Below are positions 12,545-24,499 of a stretch of 64,000 nucleotides of DNA, in pieces. Origin of the DNA: Albugo candida (lineage: Eukaryota); contig JBDOQK010000015.1 of assembly GCA_040437565.1 (NCBI GenBank), positions 124,001 through 188,000 on the forward strand, given 5' to 3'. Every line of letters begins with the position of its first letter. Positions within the stretch are counted from its first letter, which is position 1. The translations under genes were made by a program, and so were the position numbers. The notes beneath the pieces are model-generated. The model saw nothing but the letters and a program-made list of their open reading frames with translations, ran no database searches and was not told the DNA's origin.

Positions 12545-14857
12545 ATGATTGATCACTTTGTTGTATTTTCCAAAAGCGGTCTTGTTTTATGGTCTCAAGC
12601 AATCTGTAAACTCAACAATGACCCGATTCAAGCTCTAATACATCAAGTCTTGATGCAAGATCGATCTGGAGATAAGAAATTCTTTTTCGATTCGTATTGC
12701 ATGCAGTGGACTTTTGAGAACAAACTGGAATTGGTATTTGTGGTGGTATACCAGAAAATATTGCAGCTTATGTACATTGAGGATCTTCTTGAAAGGGTCA
12801 AAAAGGTTGGAATTTGGTGCGTCTGAGGGGAAGAGCGATTAACGTATAGAGTATTCGCTAGGATTTCGTTTCCCAGTTTCGGATGGAGATCATGGGCCAA
12901 GTTTCGGTGAAATTCGACCGTCAATTTTCAATTGTGATGAAAGAAACGGAATACAAATATTCGCAGAAAATGGCCCGCAAAGGACCAAGAGTAGGAGTTG
13001 CTGTACAAAACCAACTAATTCGAAGCTGAATGTACTTATCGTCAAGTAGACATTTGAATCATCAAGGAAGTCGACAAACTCATATGGAAGAAAAGCACAA
13101 AAGAAGAAGGATTCATCACAAGAAGAGTCGGCTGATAAGGTATCTGAGCTTTGAGGGGGATTTTGTTGTGACATTCCGTCTAAATGCTCACTAGGAAGCG
13201 GCAGTCGACGATGCTGACAAAGCCGGAGCCGCACAGGAAACTGCATCCTCTGGAGGGAGAAAAATGCGTACAGGACCTGGACGAAAAGGCTCGAAGAAAA
13301 AGACGACCGAGAAGAAAGAAAGTCTAAACTCGTCGAAAAAGATGACAAAATGGGAAGACGGGAAATTGTCCAAAAACGAGATCAGTCGCCTTGATCACTC
13401 CAAACAGGTACATACAGTGTTTATGGAAACTTCATCGCAGCTTAGGCAGTGAAATTGCACTCATAGGCGTCAGCAGCGGAAGAAGAAGCGCAATTATGTG
13501 AGCTACGAAAAGCTTACATCGGAGTAAGCATTGAAGTTTACGTCGTGCTCGAGTAGCTGTAAAGAAAACATTGTAGAGTGAGAGTGGAAGCGATAACGAT
13601 GATATCACCTCTGGAGCATCGTCATCCGAGGCCGAGGAAAGCGAGAAAGAAGGCTCATGGTCATTTGGCAACACGAAAGTCCGCAACTTTTTGTCGCATA
13701 TAACTGGAAACAAGGTCAGTTCGTCGAATTGGAAATGTCCACTTTACAAGTTTTTCTGTTGACCAGATATTAACAGAGGAAGATTTGGAGCCCGCTCTCA
13801 ACGAAATGCGTCAAATCGTATGTCTCGCTGCTGCTTCTGTCAGACGCAGACTGATAATCGCTTATGTAGTTGATCGGCAAAAATGTTGCAAGTGAAGTCG
13901 CGGATGAGTTGTGTGATTCCGTTCAGTCAAATGTTGTTGGAAGACGCCTTGATAGCTTCACAAGAGTCTCCACTGTTGTACGGGGTGCGCTTGAGGCCGC
14001 CTTATTACGGATTTTGACTCCGAAGAAATCGACAGATATTCTTCGAGCGATTCTGGATGTGAAGGCTTCAGGCCGTGCGTACAGCATCGTTTTTGTTGGC
14101 GTCAATGGCGTAGGGAAGTCGACGAGTCTTTCTAAAATCTGCTATTATCTCAAGTCGAAAGGAGTCAAGGTCATGATTGCGGCTTGTGATACTTTTCGAT
14201 CGGGAGCAGTTGAACAGCTCAATCAGCATGCGAAAGTGTTGAATGTACCGCTCTTTGAACGAGGTAAGATTATACAAGGAGCTTGCGTGTACAATGCCAA
14301 CTCGTATATTCATTAGGATACGCAAAAAATCCAGCAGCTGTGGCTCAAGAAGCGATACAACACGCGACTGCGAATGGTTTCGACTGCGTATTGATCGATA
14401 CTGCAGGAAGAATGCAAAACAATGAGCCACTGATGCGAGCTTTGGCCAAATTGGTTTCCAGCAATAATCCTGATTTGATCTTGTTTGTTGGCGAAGCACT
14501 CGTCGGTAATGATGGAATCAATCAATTGTCAATGTTTGATCGGGTAAGACGGACTCTACGAATTTAAAATACTCTTTGATGACGAGGAGGTACCACAGGC
14601 TTTAGCGGACAGTTCGGATCATCAAAACGCCCATGGAATCGACGGAATTGTGATCACAAAATTCGATACCATTGACGACAAAGGTGGACTCCTCGAATGT
14701 GTGAGGTGAAGGTCTTACTTGTATTTGCGTAGTTGGCGCTGCTGTATCGCTGGTTTACAAAACAGGACAACCGATTATGTTTGTCGGGACAGGACAGAAG
14801 TATACTCATTTGAAGAAACTCAATGTGCAGACGGTCATGCGCAATTTGCTTGCATAA
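12545..14857 (+). CDS. SRPRA: Signal recognition particle receptor alpha subunit, multi-exon
   Basis: SRX N-terminus ([31 protein letters not shown]) and NG GTPase motifs [49 protein letters not shown]. Confidence 0.95.
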
Positions 14858-15388
14858 TGAGGTAGCGACCTCGGGGTTATAGCATTGAATCTTCGTCGGA
14901 TCTAGCAATTTGAACCAAAAACACGACGAAATTTGTTTACGAAATATCTGAATCTCTTGACATATGCGCTAAAACACCGTGCGATAATTGCTTACAGTAG
15001 ATCTGCTTTATGAGATTTTGCACAAATGCAAGGTGCTTTTGAGTGTGTGATTGCACTAATTTCAGTCATCACAGCACAGATATGAAGGATTCTGCTATCG
15101 AAATGACAGAAGATCAGTGACTAAATGAAAAGCCTATGGAAATAGAAGGTGGACACTGTTGAGTCAACTTCACGAATTGTTGCGCCACGCGAGCGGCATC
15201 AAATGCGTGTCGAACTACACAATCGGACAAAACAAAATGATTGATTATGGAAAAGGACTTTGATACTTTGAGAATGAACTTATTACGCGGTATAGACAGG
15301 AAAGGAAACACGGGGACTAAAGCTGGAAGTTGGCCCTACTGGAAACGAAAATCATAATATTCGGTTTCACAAATGGGTAAACAAACAC

Positions 15389-17300
15389 ATGCAGCTCTTT
15401 CATCTACGTCAACATTCTTATTGGGGAGTCTTCATTTTTCATTCTTATTCAATCGCACTTATACACTTTTACTGTACTCTTCACTACACACTGCATCACA
15501 TACTAGCAGCCTACCAGCACCACGCTCGACACTTTCGACTTCCTGTGTTTTTGTCTGACTCTCGAATGTACAAACATTCTATAGCTATAGCGATCGAATG
15601 CTCGACAGTCTAGTGCCGACCATTCGCTGTTGTAGACTGCATTTTCGGCGAGAAGAAACTCTTGTCTGTGATTTAACTTTCTCGATTGCATAAGGATATG
15701 CCACACCGCTCTCAAGTGGAGCTCATCTGGCGCAAGAATCTTCGCTTGAATAAATAAGTATGTGGAATTGATGTTCCGAATGAAAAATTGGTTCTGGTGA
15801 TAAGAGCATACGGGCATCCGATGCATCTCCGGCAACGTTCAAAATGCTGCCTGCTTTGCATAAAGAGAAAAGTCCTGTATTGCTCGTTGCGAGAAGATTG
15901 AAAAATACGTCTTTAACAAACGCTTCCGAAAACGTTACGCCTCATCGAAATACTGTATTCTCCCTTTATCGGAATGCGCAAGAAATTTTTTGAACAATGG
16001 TTTGATATCACATTACAATGCGTGAGCAAGCTAGAGATCGAGTTCTACTGCCTGAATGATACAGTGGCCCTGAAGTTAGCAGAAACAGCGATTTAATGTA
16101 CTGGAAGGACTTTTTATCGCTGCTTCGGCGATGGGTCCTTTGTAGTGTAATACACGTACCTGTGGGTCGACGGGGGATACAGTAATTGAATACTTTCAGA
16201 ATTGTGTACGCAATATATGAAATCGAGTTTTTTTTCAGTTAGAAAGCATGAAAGCCTGATTCTTTCCGCGCAAATATCGATTTTTGTCTTTCGCAACGAA
16301 AGAAGATATTAATCCAACCGGGCTCGTCATATATGCCTTTCGAGTCGCTTAATCGCTTACTATGTAACATAAAACTCTTTGCGAAATGTATGTTCCTAGT
16401 AACTCCTGACCCGGCATTCGGGCACATGTGCACCGTGTACGCCAGGACTGCCTAAGTCACGCTATTATGGAGGGTAATGGAAACAGCAGCCCAAGAAGAT
16501 GCCTGACTTCAATTCACGGATTGAAATCTCGAAAAAAAATGCGAGAAATAAAGTGCTACAACTCCTGTTGGCTGATTGAGTGTTGCCTTACGTGGACTGT
16601 GGTGGAATCGAGTTCTTCTATGATATTCCAGCAACAGGGACTGTGTATCGGTTCGCAATTACACCCTTCGAGTAAAACATCTTATTGAGGCTGGATAGAA
16701 GCACCGTTGTTCACACCACTACGCTTTAATTGATCGAATCTGTCTATCGTATGCTGGATGCACATTGCCTCCAGGAACATTGTAAAACCCTGGTGGATAT
16801 ACCCACCGACGCAAATTCATCAAGTCTTTCTTGACCAATTTTTTTTGTAGCCTTGAAGCTTTATAGTGGCTTGTTTCTTCAACTATTATTTGCGCCTAAA
16901 ATGATGGAATTATCTCTTCGTCTTGGATTAAGGACCGCAATATGATGTTTATCAATGAAGGAGAACAAGAAGGAAATCTATAACGATCTAATAGCATCAA
17001 GAATGTACCCAATTTATGTTTGCCTTCACTGCATGTATCGGCTGTCAGTTGGCGTGTCGCTATGGCAGATATCATGAAAGCTCGGACTTACCGTGTTTGC
17101 ATTGCTGTGAATACGTGGAGTCCATAATGCAAAAACAAAGAGGCTGATCAACGGGATGTTGCATGTATTTCATGTAACGCAAGCGTTAAATCAATAGACT
17201 GGCTGTCATTCTCATTACAGATGAGAATTTTTGTCTGATCTTTTTTGGCAAAGTGTTACTGCAAATTGGCACGAGTTGTTTTCATACGGATGGCGTACAC
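15389..17300 (+). pseudogene. Probable decayed Cys-rich secreted-protein (CCG/CHxC-like) gene
   Basis: No long ORF. Plus-strand fragments carry recurring CxxC(L) and CxxxC: CLLCIK (~15850), RQDCLSHA (~16440), KCYNSC (~16552), VCLHCMY (~17018), PCLHCC (~17091). Confidence 0.35.
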
Positions 17301-17566
17301 GACAGCCAAACAATCAGAACTCGACAAACGATCCGATTGCCAGTTTATAGAATATCAACAAACATGCTCCCGCGAAAAAAAGTCACTACTCGAGTAATTT
17401 GATTGATCACATGCGTTCGAACCTCAGTGTGAAGAAGCAAGGATTCGTGCCAAGCCTAGCAAAAAAGACTATACCGATCTTTGAAATGCCAGATCGGAAG
17501 GAAGCATAAGTATGATATTGTCCTCGGTACAGATCAAATACAGACGCATCGATAGATTATCGTACA

Positions 17567-18462
17567 TTGGAGGTGGTACAGAAGCATCGCAGACTGTATC
17601 ATAGCATTAATCCGATCAGCATCTCGATCATTGGCGAACAATGGCTCTATCATGAAGCATTAGTTCTTCAGAAAAACTCACAATTCAATACTGTATTCAA
17701 TCGGCAACAAACATGTAGGCCAGTTGATCAAACCCTCTTCCACTGTACGAGTGGATTATCGCTAGAACCTAGTTTCTCTTTATAGGAAGACGCCAATTGT
17801 GTGTCTTTATTGAGCTTCGACCCTCCATATCAAATTGTCCAATTGCGAAGTTCGAACATTATTTTTTGGTATACATACAGTAAAGATTTCGAACGCTTTT
17901 GATGTTCAAGAAACATGAACCAGATACTACCGACATCGTCGATGAGATAGCAGCACCACACTCACCAGCAGAAGCATTAGATTACACAGCCTCTTGTACT
18001 GTGAAAAAGAAGATTTTCGCGGCACATGAAACATTAAGCAAACGCGTGCTTGCTCAGCGTCAGAAGCAGATTGATTACGGGAAGAACACGATCGGATACA
18101 AACGATACCGAAATATGGTTACCAAGTAAGCGAGTCTCCTTGCCTGTGTTTCAAAATCTCATGGCTAATTATGTAGAGAAAACCGTCGAAAGCATTCCCA
18201 CCCGCTGACACCCGATAAAGGTCTAAATATCAGCAAGCGGAGGTTTGATCAAGTAGTTCGTTCATGGAGACGATCTTTGCACAAGTTTGATCCTCCAGAT
18301 TTATCAGCCCCGAATCAGGTGCTGGCCCAACAATCGAAGTTCGAAGCGCTGAGCAGTGCGGTTTCAGATGGTGATCGGTACAATCTGGAAGACATGCTGA
18401 AAACTGCGAATGATCAGCTGCGCTGCACTTTTCCTCCTACAGATGATGATGAACTACTTTAA
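17567..18462 (+). CDS. SLBP: Histone mRNA stem-loop binding protein (5' end uncertain)
   Basis: RNA-binding domain LAQRQKQIDYGKNTIGYKRY / HPLTPDK / SKRRFDQVVRSWRRSLHKFDPP across an intron at about 18126-18176, plus an acidic C-terminus. Confidence 0.88.
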
Positions 18463-18971
18463 TATTTTTGGGCTTGGGTTAGTTGCTGAAGATAGAGAAA
18501 AGTGAGAACACTCTTTTTTGATGAAATCACGGCGTATTTTCAATGCCTTGCGAAAGAGTGTATCATCAATTCCATCCACATTACGACAAATTCGAGCAAG
18601 AACGCGAACGTGATCACCTTGCTAACAAACACTTAATCTCCGACGAAAGGCCCGACAATCTTTGAACATACCTCTTTTGAATTTTGAGCAAGTTTGTGCG
18701 ACTCGCCGATGATATGGTACTTTGCGCCTATCTTGAGCTCCCTCGGTCCGAGGAGTCTGGTTTCCACGAGGATCTGATGACCTTCAGACGACAATGTCGC
18801 AATATCTTGCGTTACATCATAGCGTGTAAGCCTGTTGCCGCAATGATTAGCGAGTAATAATTTCAAAGGTGAGGATCCCAACCTTCCACTAATGCGAATT
18901 GATCGATTCTGCAAAGCTGGATCAATCAGAACTTCGGCAATCTCGCATATTTCTCCGTGCTCAATTGGCAT
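18454..18971 (-). CDS. TEN1: CST complex subunit TEN1 (telomere OB-fold), 3 exons
   Basis: Spliced reading SIRISGR/LTRYDV...ILVETRLL...IGAKYHIIGE.../VLARICRNVDGIDDTLFRKALKIRRDF matches the Ten1 pattern. Confidence 0.75.
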
Positions 18972-19038
18972 CGCAAAAGTGTAATAAAGAAAACCTATGT
19001 AATACTTTTGTAAATTACTAATAAGAATCAGTGGAAGT

Positions 19039-19486
19039 ATGACAAGCAGTGCTCTTCGTGGACGAACTAAAAGCGGCCGCTGCTGGAAGAAGAGCCAACA
19101 AGGACGCTTTTCATCAATTCATTATAAAGTGTCTCGCACACTTAGTACTACTTGGGATGAGAAGCTGGAACAGAGGGAAAAAAAGCAGGAACTACAGCGT
19201 TTGCAGAGCGATATAAAAGCTCGCCAAGACCAGTTGAAAGAAGAGAAAAAGAGACTTCGTGAAGAGAAGCAGAAACGACGTCAGGAGAATGAATTGAAGT
19301 CAATGTCTTTTCAATCGGTTAGTCGTGCTATTATATTGTCTTGTTTTGATTGATCACTGTGTGTCGCATTTTGTTCAGCTGTCAAAAACGCATCGGATAA
19401 AGTCGATGAGCAAGAAGCAACTGCGGAATATTCGGAAATCGGTTGTTAATAAGCAGGGAGTGGTTGAATACGTTCCCGTATATTAG
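19039..19486 (+). CDS. CCDC86: CGR1/CCDC86 coiled-coil rRNA-processing protein
   Basis: GRTKSGRCWK, TWDEKL, KRRQENELKS and, after intron 19318-19378, RIKSMSKKQLRNI. Confidence 0.85.
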
Positions 19487-20003
19487 TATAGATGACTGAA
19501 ATCTGCAACCATCGGCAAGCACTCCTTTTGCTTTATTGCAGCAAACATGAAGATACACGCATTTCCTCAGGTAGCTGATTTAGCATTCTGGATATTTCAA
19601 TTGAGACAACTAGTTATATATCTTTGATTTTCTAGTGGCTCTTCCTGCGTGACATTAGTCTGCTACTACACTTTTGATTATTTGATACTTCTTGTATCAC
19701 TGATCAGAAGTCGGGCCTAGCGTCTGTTCCAGAATGAAAGCTTTTCCAACGAATGAACCTGGACATTCCCGTATACTTCTCGTGATGGTCTTTAGCTGAT
19801 ACTTGACCATTATGACAGTACAGAGTCATCTCATCTAGACGATGCATTTCAATAAGCGGAATTAAATAGGTTCCTATTACATCTGATCATGTCATATTAG
19901 AGAAGAAAGAACAAAAAGTGTCGCCAGGCGAGCTTTTCAACAATCGTCTCATGAGCCCTAATTCAATGTGGAACACACGAATTTTCAGACAAATGACTGG
20001 TGA

Positions 20004-20019
20004 TCATTTGCCAATTTGC
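20004..20019 (+). promoter_or_regulatory. Oomycete INR+FPR core promoter of RPL7A
   Basis: TCATTTGCCAATTTGC ends 14 bp before the ATG and fits the oomycete initiator (YCAYTYY) plus flanking CAWTTT element. Confidence 0.65.
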
Positions 20020-20033
20020 CAGGTAGTACAACA

Positions 20034-21084
20034 ATGGTGCGTTGTGCTTGGGTATCTCAGACTATGTGCTATCAACTAAAGCATAATTCCTGTTCTGTAG
20101 CCAACGAAGAAAGTTAAGAAGACTACCACCACCACTGTTACCACAAAGTCGGTGAAGAGCACGAAAAGTGCTCCAACCAAACCAAAGCAAAATCCGTTGT
20201 TTCCAAGTACACCTCGTAACTTTCGCCTGGGCTGCGATATTCAGGTACTTGCCACATCCAAACATTCTCTGATGAGAAATAGCGGTCCCCACACCGCAAT
20301 GACACAAACTTGTGGAAGCACTTTATTCGCTACTTGAAAAGTGCACCGCAAGGTTCATTGTACCGCTCGTTGGGATTTCTAAACTATCAATTTCTCTTGA
20401 TCACACCATTTGACGGACGACTTTCTGTTTATGTAGCCAAAACGTGACTTATCCAGATTTGTGAGGTGGCCCAAGTATGTGACCATTCAACGCCAACGCA
20501 AGATTTTATACCAGCGATTGAAGGTGCCTCCATCAATCAATCAGTTCACCAACACTTTGGACAGACATGTGGCCGCTGATTTATTCAAACTACTGCTCAA
20601 GTATCAGCCAGAAACAAAGGCAGCCAAGACTCAACGTCTTCGCAATATCGCTGCTGGAACTGATACACTTAAAGCCCCTCCTCCAGTCGTCAAATATGGG
20701 CTCAATCATGTCACCTCGTTGATTGAACGGAAGAAAGCTAAGATGGTGGTCATTGCCCATGACGTTAACCCGATTGAATTGGTCGTGTTCTTACCCGCTC
20801 TGTGTCGCAAATTTGACATCCCTTACGCGATTGTCAAAGGAAAATCACGATTGGGACAAATCGTCCACAAGAAGAATGCCGCGGTGGTTGCATTGACGCA
20901 CATCAATAAGGAAGACAAGACCAAATTTGATAACCTCTCTTCCACCTTCCGTACCAAATTCAATGATGATACCGTTTCACGACGAAAATGGGGTGGAGGT
21001 ATTATGGGCCTCAAGACGCAAAAGAAGCTGGAAATACGTGAGAAGGTTCTTGCTGCCGAGGCAGCAAAGAAGGCGCAATACTAG
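20034..21084 (+). CDS. RPL7A: 60S ribosomal protein L7a (eL8); exons 20034-20036, 20101-20244, 20437-21084
   Basis: NPLFPSTPRNFRLGCDIQ/PKRDLSRFVRWPKYV, RLKVPPSINQF, VIAHDVNPIELVVFLPALCRK and WGGGIMG; canonical GT-AG introns. Confidence 0.97.
20270..20405 (+). ncRNA. Candidate structured intronic RNA (snoRNA-like or regulatory) in RPL7A intron 2
   Basis: 192-nt intron, about three times the local norm; C-box-like TGATGA at 20270; five nested complementary helices. Confidence 0.5.
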
Positions 21085-21368
21085 GCAGTGTAGCTTATTC
21101 GTTGCGGTAGCATCTGGCATAATTTGAGACTTGTAATACAATGTCGGCACCAAATTGAGTTTCTTGCTGCTCAATAAGACTCATATTTCTACTTGTAAAT
21201 GCAAACCTAAATCAGCCGACGCATTATATGTAAGTAGAGACAATCATTCCATCAGGTGTGAGATAGCCGGTTGACTTCTATAAAGTAGGTCGCTTCTTGA
21301 AGTAATCCCATCATGTCATCGCCTCCGTACCATACATTTCCACTAAGTACGAAAATCAGAACGAAGTA

Positions 21369-21944
21369 ATGACCGGACGAGGTCGTTCTATGACGCTACC
21401 GGCTTGGATGATCAAGCAACAGAATGAAGCGTCAAAGCAGTCCAACACTGATACCGTTGCATGTAGTAATGAGCACTCTAAATCTGTCTCACAGCAGAGA
21501 GATACCGATACTAACAAGACAGATAGGGATCAATTTAAAGATGCATCAGAGGTACGTGTGTACTGTACATCGCTTTGCGAATTATCTCTTAACCATGAAA
21601 CTATCAAAAAGGCAAGAGTAAGTCGTCCACGATCCAAGTCTCCACGTAGAGACCGTTCAAGAAACCCTCGACCATCAAGAGAGTCATATCGTCGATCTCC
21701 GCCCTCTAGACCTTCAGATACGTATACAGCAAGAAATAAATCACGTGATCACGATCGTTCGCGTGAGCGAGATCGATATCGGGATCGCTCAGTACCTCGA
21801 CGACAATTCCGGTACGCTTATTTGGATACTCGTAAGCGTGAATCTGACATGTTTTGCCACAGTAACTCACGCTCGCGATCTCGAACTCGCGCAGAAACAA
21901 GACCAACAAGCCGCCATCATAGAGACCACCATCGTCGAAACTAA
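21369..21944 (+). CDS. Small RS-rich protein resembling the U2AF65 N-terminal exons (probable introns 21552-21611 and 21812-21862)
   Basis: Starts MTGRGRSMTLPAWM, RS/RD dipeptide-rich, no RRM; two in-frame GT-AG introns. Confidence 0.7.
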   Translation: MTGRGRSMTLPAWMIKQQNEASKQSNTDTVACSNEHSKSVSQQRDTDTNKTDRDQFKDASEVRVYCTSLCELSLNHETIKKARVSRPRSKSPRRDRSRNPRPSRESYRRSPPSRPSDTYTARNKSRDHDRSRERDRYRDRSVPRRQFRYAYLDTRKRESDMFCHSNSRSRSRTRAETRPTSRHHRDHHRRN

Positions 21945-22190
21945 TCTTATTTTTTTTCAAACATAAAGACTTGATTTGCTTCATGCTCACTAGGAGCAAC
22001 AGAACTCACGCAAAGCGTTTGAAGTCAATTTTGACCAGCTTTAGTCGAGTGGTCTGTCATTCACCTTACACCTATAGTGGCCTAGACGATCTCAAACCAG
22101 ACTTATACACTCGATAGACCGAGCGCAAGTCAACTGAAACGCACTCATGAGTGATAGAACCGACCGTTTCAACGACAGCACCACTACCAG

Positions 22191-22741
22191 TGTCAAGAGT
22201 ACGAAGTGTGATCATGTATCACAGACCTATGCAATGAGAGACATCCTTCACGCTTCCTCGTAGCCTGGAAAACGAGAAAAGGTACATCCGATCGACTTGT
22301 CTGCTCCTATGTTCACCTGAAGTACAAAATGCATGCTTTAGTGCAGTAGAGCTTAGGTGTGATGTTTATTTTCAAAGCACATTGCTAGGAGTTTGTATCA
22401 CTTGTATGTCACAAANNNNNNNNNNNNNNNNNNNNNNNNNNNNNNNNNNNNNNNNNNNNNNNNNNNNNNNNNNNNNNNNNNNNNNNNNNNNNNNNNNNNN
22501 NNNNNNNNNNNNNNNTGTCAAGAGTACGAAGTGTGATCATGTATCACAGACCTATGCAATGAGAGACATCCTTCACGCTTCGTCGTAGCCTGGAGAACGA
22601 GAGAAGGTACATCCGATCGACTTGTTTGCTCCTATGTTCACCTGAAGTACTAAATGCATGCTTTAGTGCAGTAGATGCTTAGGTGTGATGTTTATTTTCA
22701 AAGCACATTGCTAGGAGTTTGTATCACTTGTATGTCACAAA
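22191..22741. repeat. Gap-flanking near-identical duplication (22191-22415 / 22516-22741)
   Basis: Copies differ by several substitutions and a 1-bp indel. Confidence 0.85.
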
Positions 22742-23199
22742 ATGCATCCAGTCTATTCCACCAAGCCGCCATGTAAACAAGAACGATCACCGATACACAT
22801 CAAGGTGGTACGAAAATCCTGAGTTAGCTAATTTGACCACATCTATTCTACACCTGGCTAAGCTGTTCTATGTGGCTAGTGATAGGCGTTTTTCGTGTCC
22901 CATATCTAAAGCAGTGAGTTGTAAGCTATTGACGCAGCAACGAGTAGAACATCTTCGTTGGTGAGATCGTTTGCAGAGCTCTGTAGCTCGATCAGTGAAG
23001 TCTCGCTGTTATAATGAGCACCTACGAGACTAGTGTTCATCGTTTATCTTTGTTCCTTTCCACCCATCACGTATCCGCTTGAAGTATAACCCGTCTCGCT
23101 CTCAGCAAAATGAAAGCCTCGACAACTTCTTGATGAAGGGGTTTCGCTAAGCTTTGTGCCACGGAGGAGAATGTGCAGTAGCGCAGCTATGAAAGAGAG

Positions 23200-24400
23200 T
23201 TAATGGATATAACGTGTAATATCTGTGCCTGTAGAAATGCCTATACGCAGCCTCAAAGGTGCTTCATGTCGTTCGAGTTCTTTCCCGCTCGCAAAGGCTC
23301 CAAAGCCCTTGAAGAGAGCCTATTACCTTTCAATGCGTACGATGTAATAACTTTCGGAGGGGACGATCGCGAACTCCGCAAACGTTGGTGCGGAATAAGA
23401 AGATTGCCAGTAATAATGACATACCAGAGAGCTTGATACAAACCTTTTCACCGCTCGCCGTTGGGTTTTTCTCAGAAATCTGCGCAAACATATTTCCTTT
23501 CGAAATTGGAAGACCATGAGCCCACACAGCATTAGTGTGCAGAAATTCAGCTCACTGCATTCCAGCCGCATAAGGTCAATGTCAGGTTAACTCTAGGATT
23601 TGGCATGGACTGCATTGCAGCCAAACAGATTTATTCGGATTATGATAGATTTCTTCACGTCACATTCCCTCCGCATCGAGTGGAAGCATACCCGCAGCCA
23701 TAGAAGAGTGCAGTTTGTACAATCTACGAGCTAAGGCATGATGAGTAGCAACCTCCCTTGTCGCTTTAGCTCAGTATTGACATGTCTGGGGCCAGTGCTC
23801 ATATCCGCTGCAGCGAAAACGTTTGGTACCTCTTATCCGTTGTATGACTCTGGCTTCCATTGTAATCTTGTTCTTCGTTTCCGAAGAATTTCTTATTATG
23901 AATGCTTTCAATACGTCTGCGTATCCTCGATAAAATATATTTAGTTGCTTGTCTCAGTTCCAACGTGTACACTTGGTGAATCTTGCTATGATGACTTCGT
24001 ACATTTCTGACTACAACGCTAAGATTTTCGCTCCATCAGTGCTCAAAAGTTTGCGTAAGGATCGGATACAAATCGGCATTTTGCACATATATTATATACA
24101 TTGATCGCAGGTGGATTTGTTTACATGAAAAAGATACTATCTCACAAATCCAATGCGCATACTGACAAGGTCACGCTAGATGTATCAAGGCGAAGGTTCG
24201 GTCTCGGCTGGGGTAGTACTGAACACCGACCAAGAAGTCTTATGATACAGTTGAGACATGGTTATCTTATACCCATGGTCGTCATTTGCTTACCGCGAAA
24301 CGGAGCCAGCTATCTCCTGGTATAAATTTAATGACGATCGAGACTCGGACTCTGCAGCTGGTACGATGGCAGCCAATCTCAATCAGTAGTGTTCTAAGAA
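23200..24400 (-). pseudogene. Possible decayed CCG-like effector gene
   Basis: Minus strand reads CLNCIIRLLG (exact CxxCxxxxxG, ~24230-24259) two codons after a stop, then CDQCI* and RCSQKC; no intact ORF. Confidence 0.3.
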
Positions 24401-24499
24401 AGTCACACAGGAAAGATGAGATCTACACGCATCATAAATATCACACGACACAGAATAGACCGTTAGGATGCGAGGTATATCGAGTTTTGGAGTGTCTTA

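Noticed and set aside
20375..20390. CTAAAC as a telomerase RNA template
   Set aside because: Lacks the CCC needed to template TTTAGGG
9252..21944. Functional cluster of RNA and chromatin genes (SRRM1, UBN-like, SLBP, TEN1, CGR1, RPL7A)
   Set aside because: These are common housekeeping classes with no evidence of shared regulation
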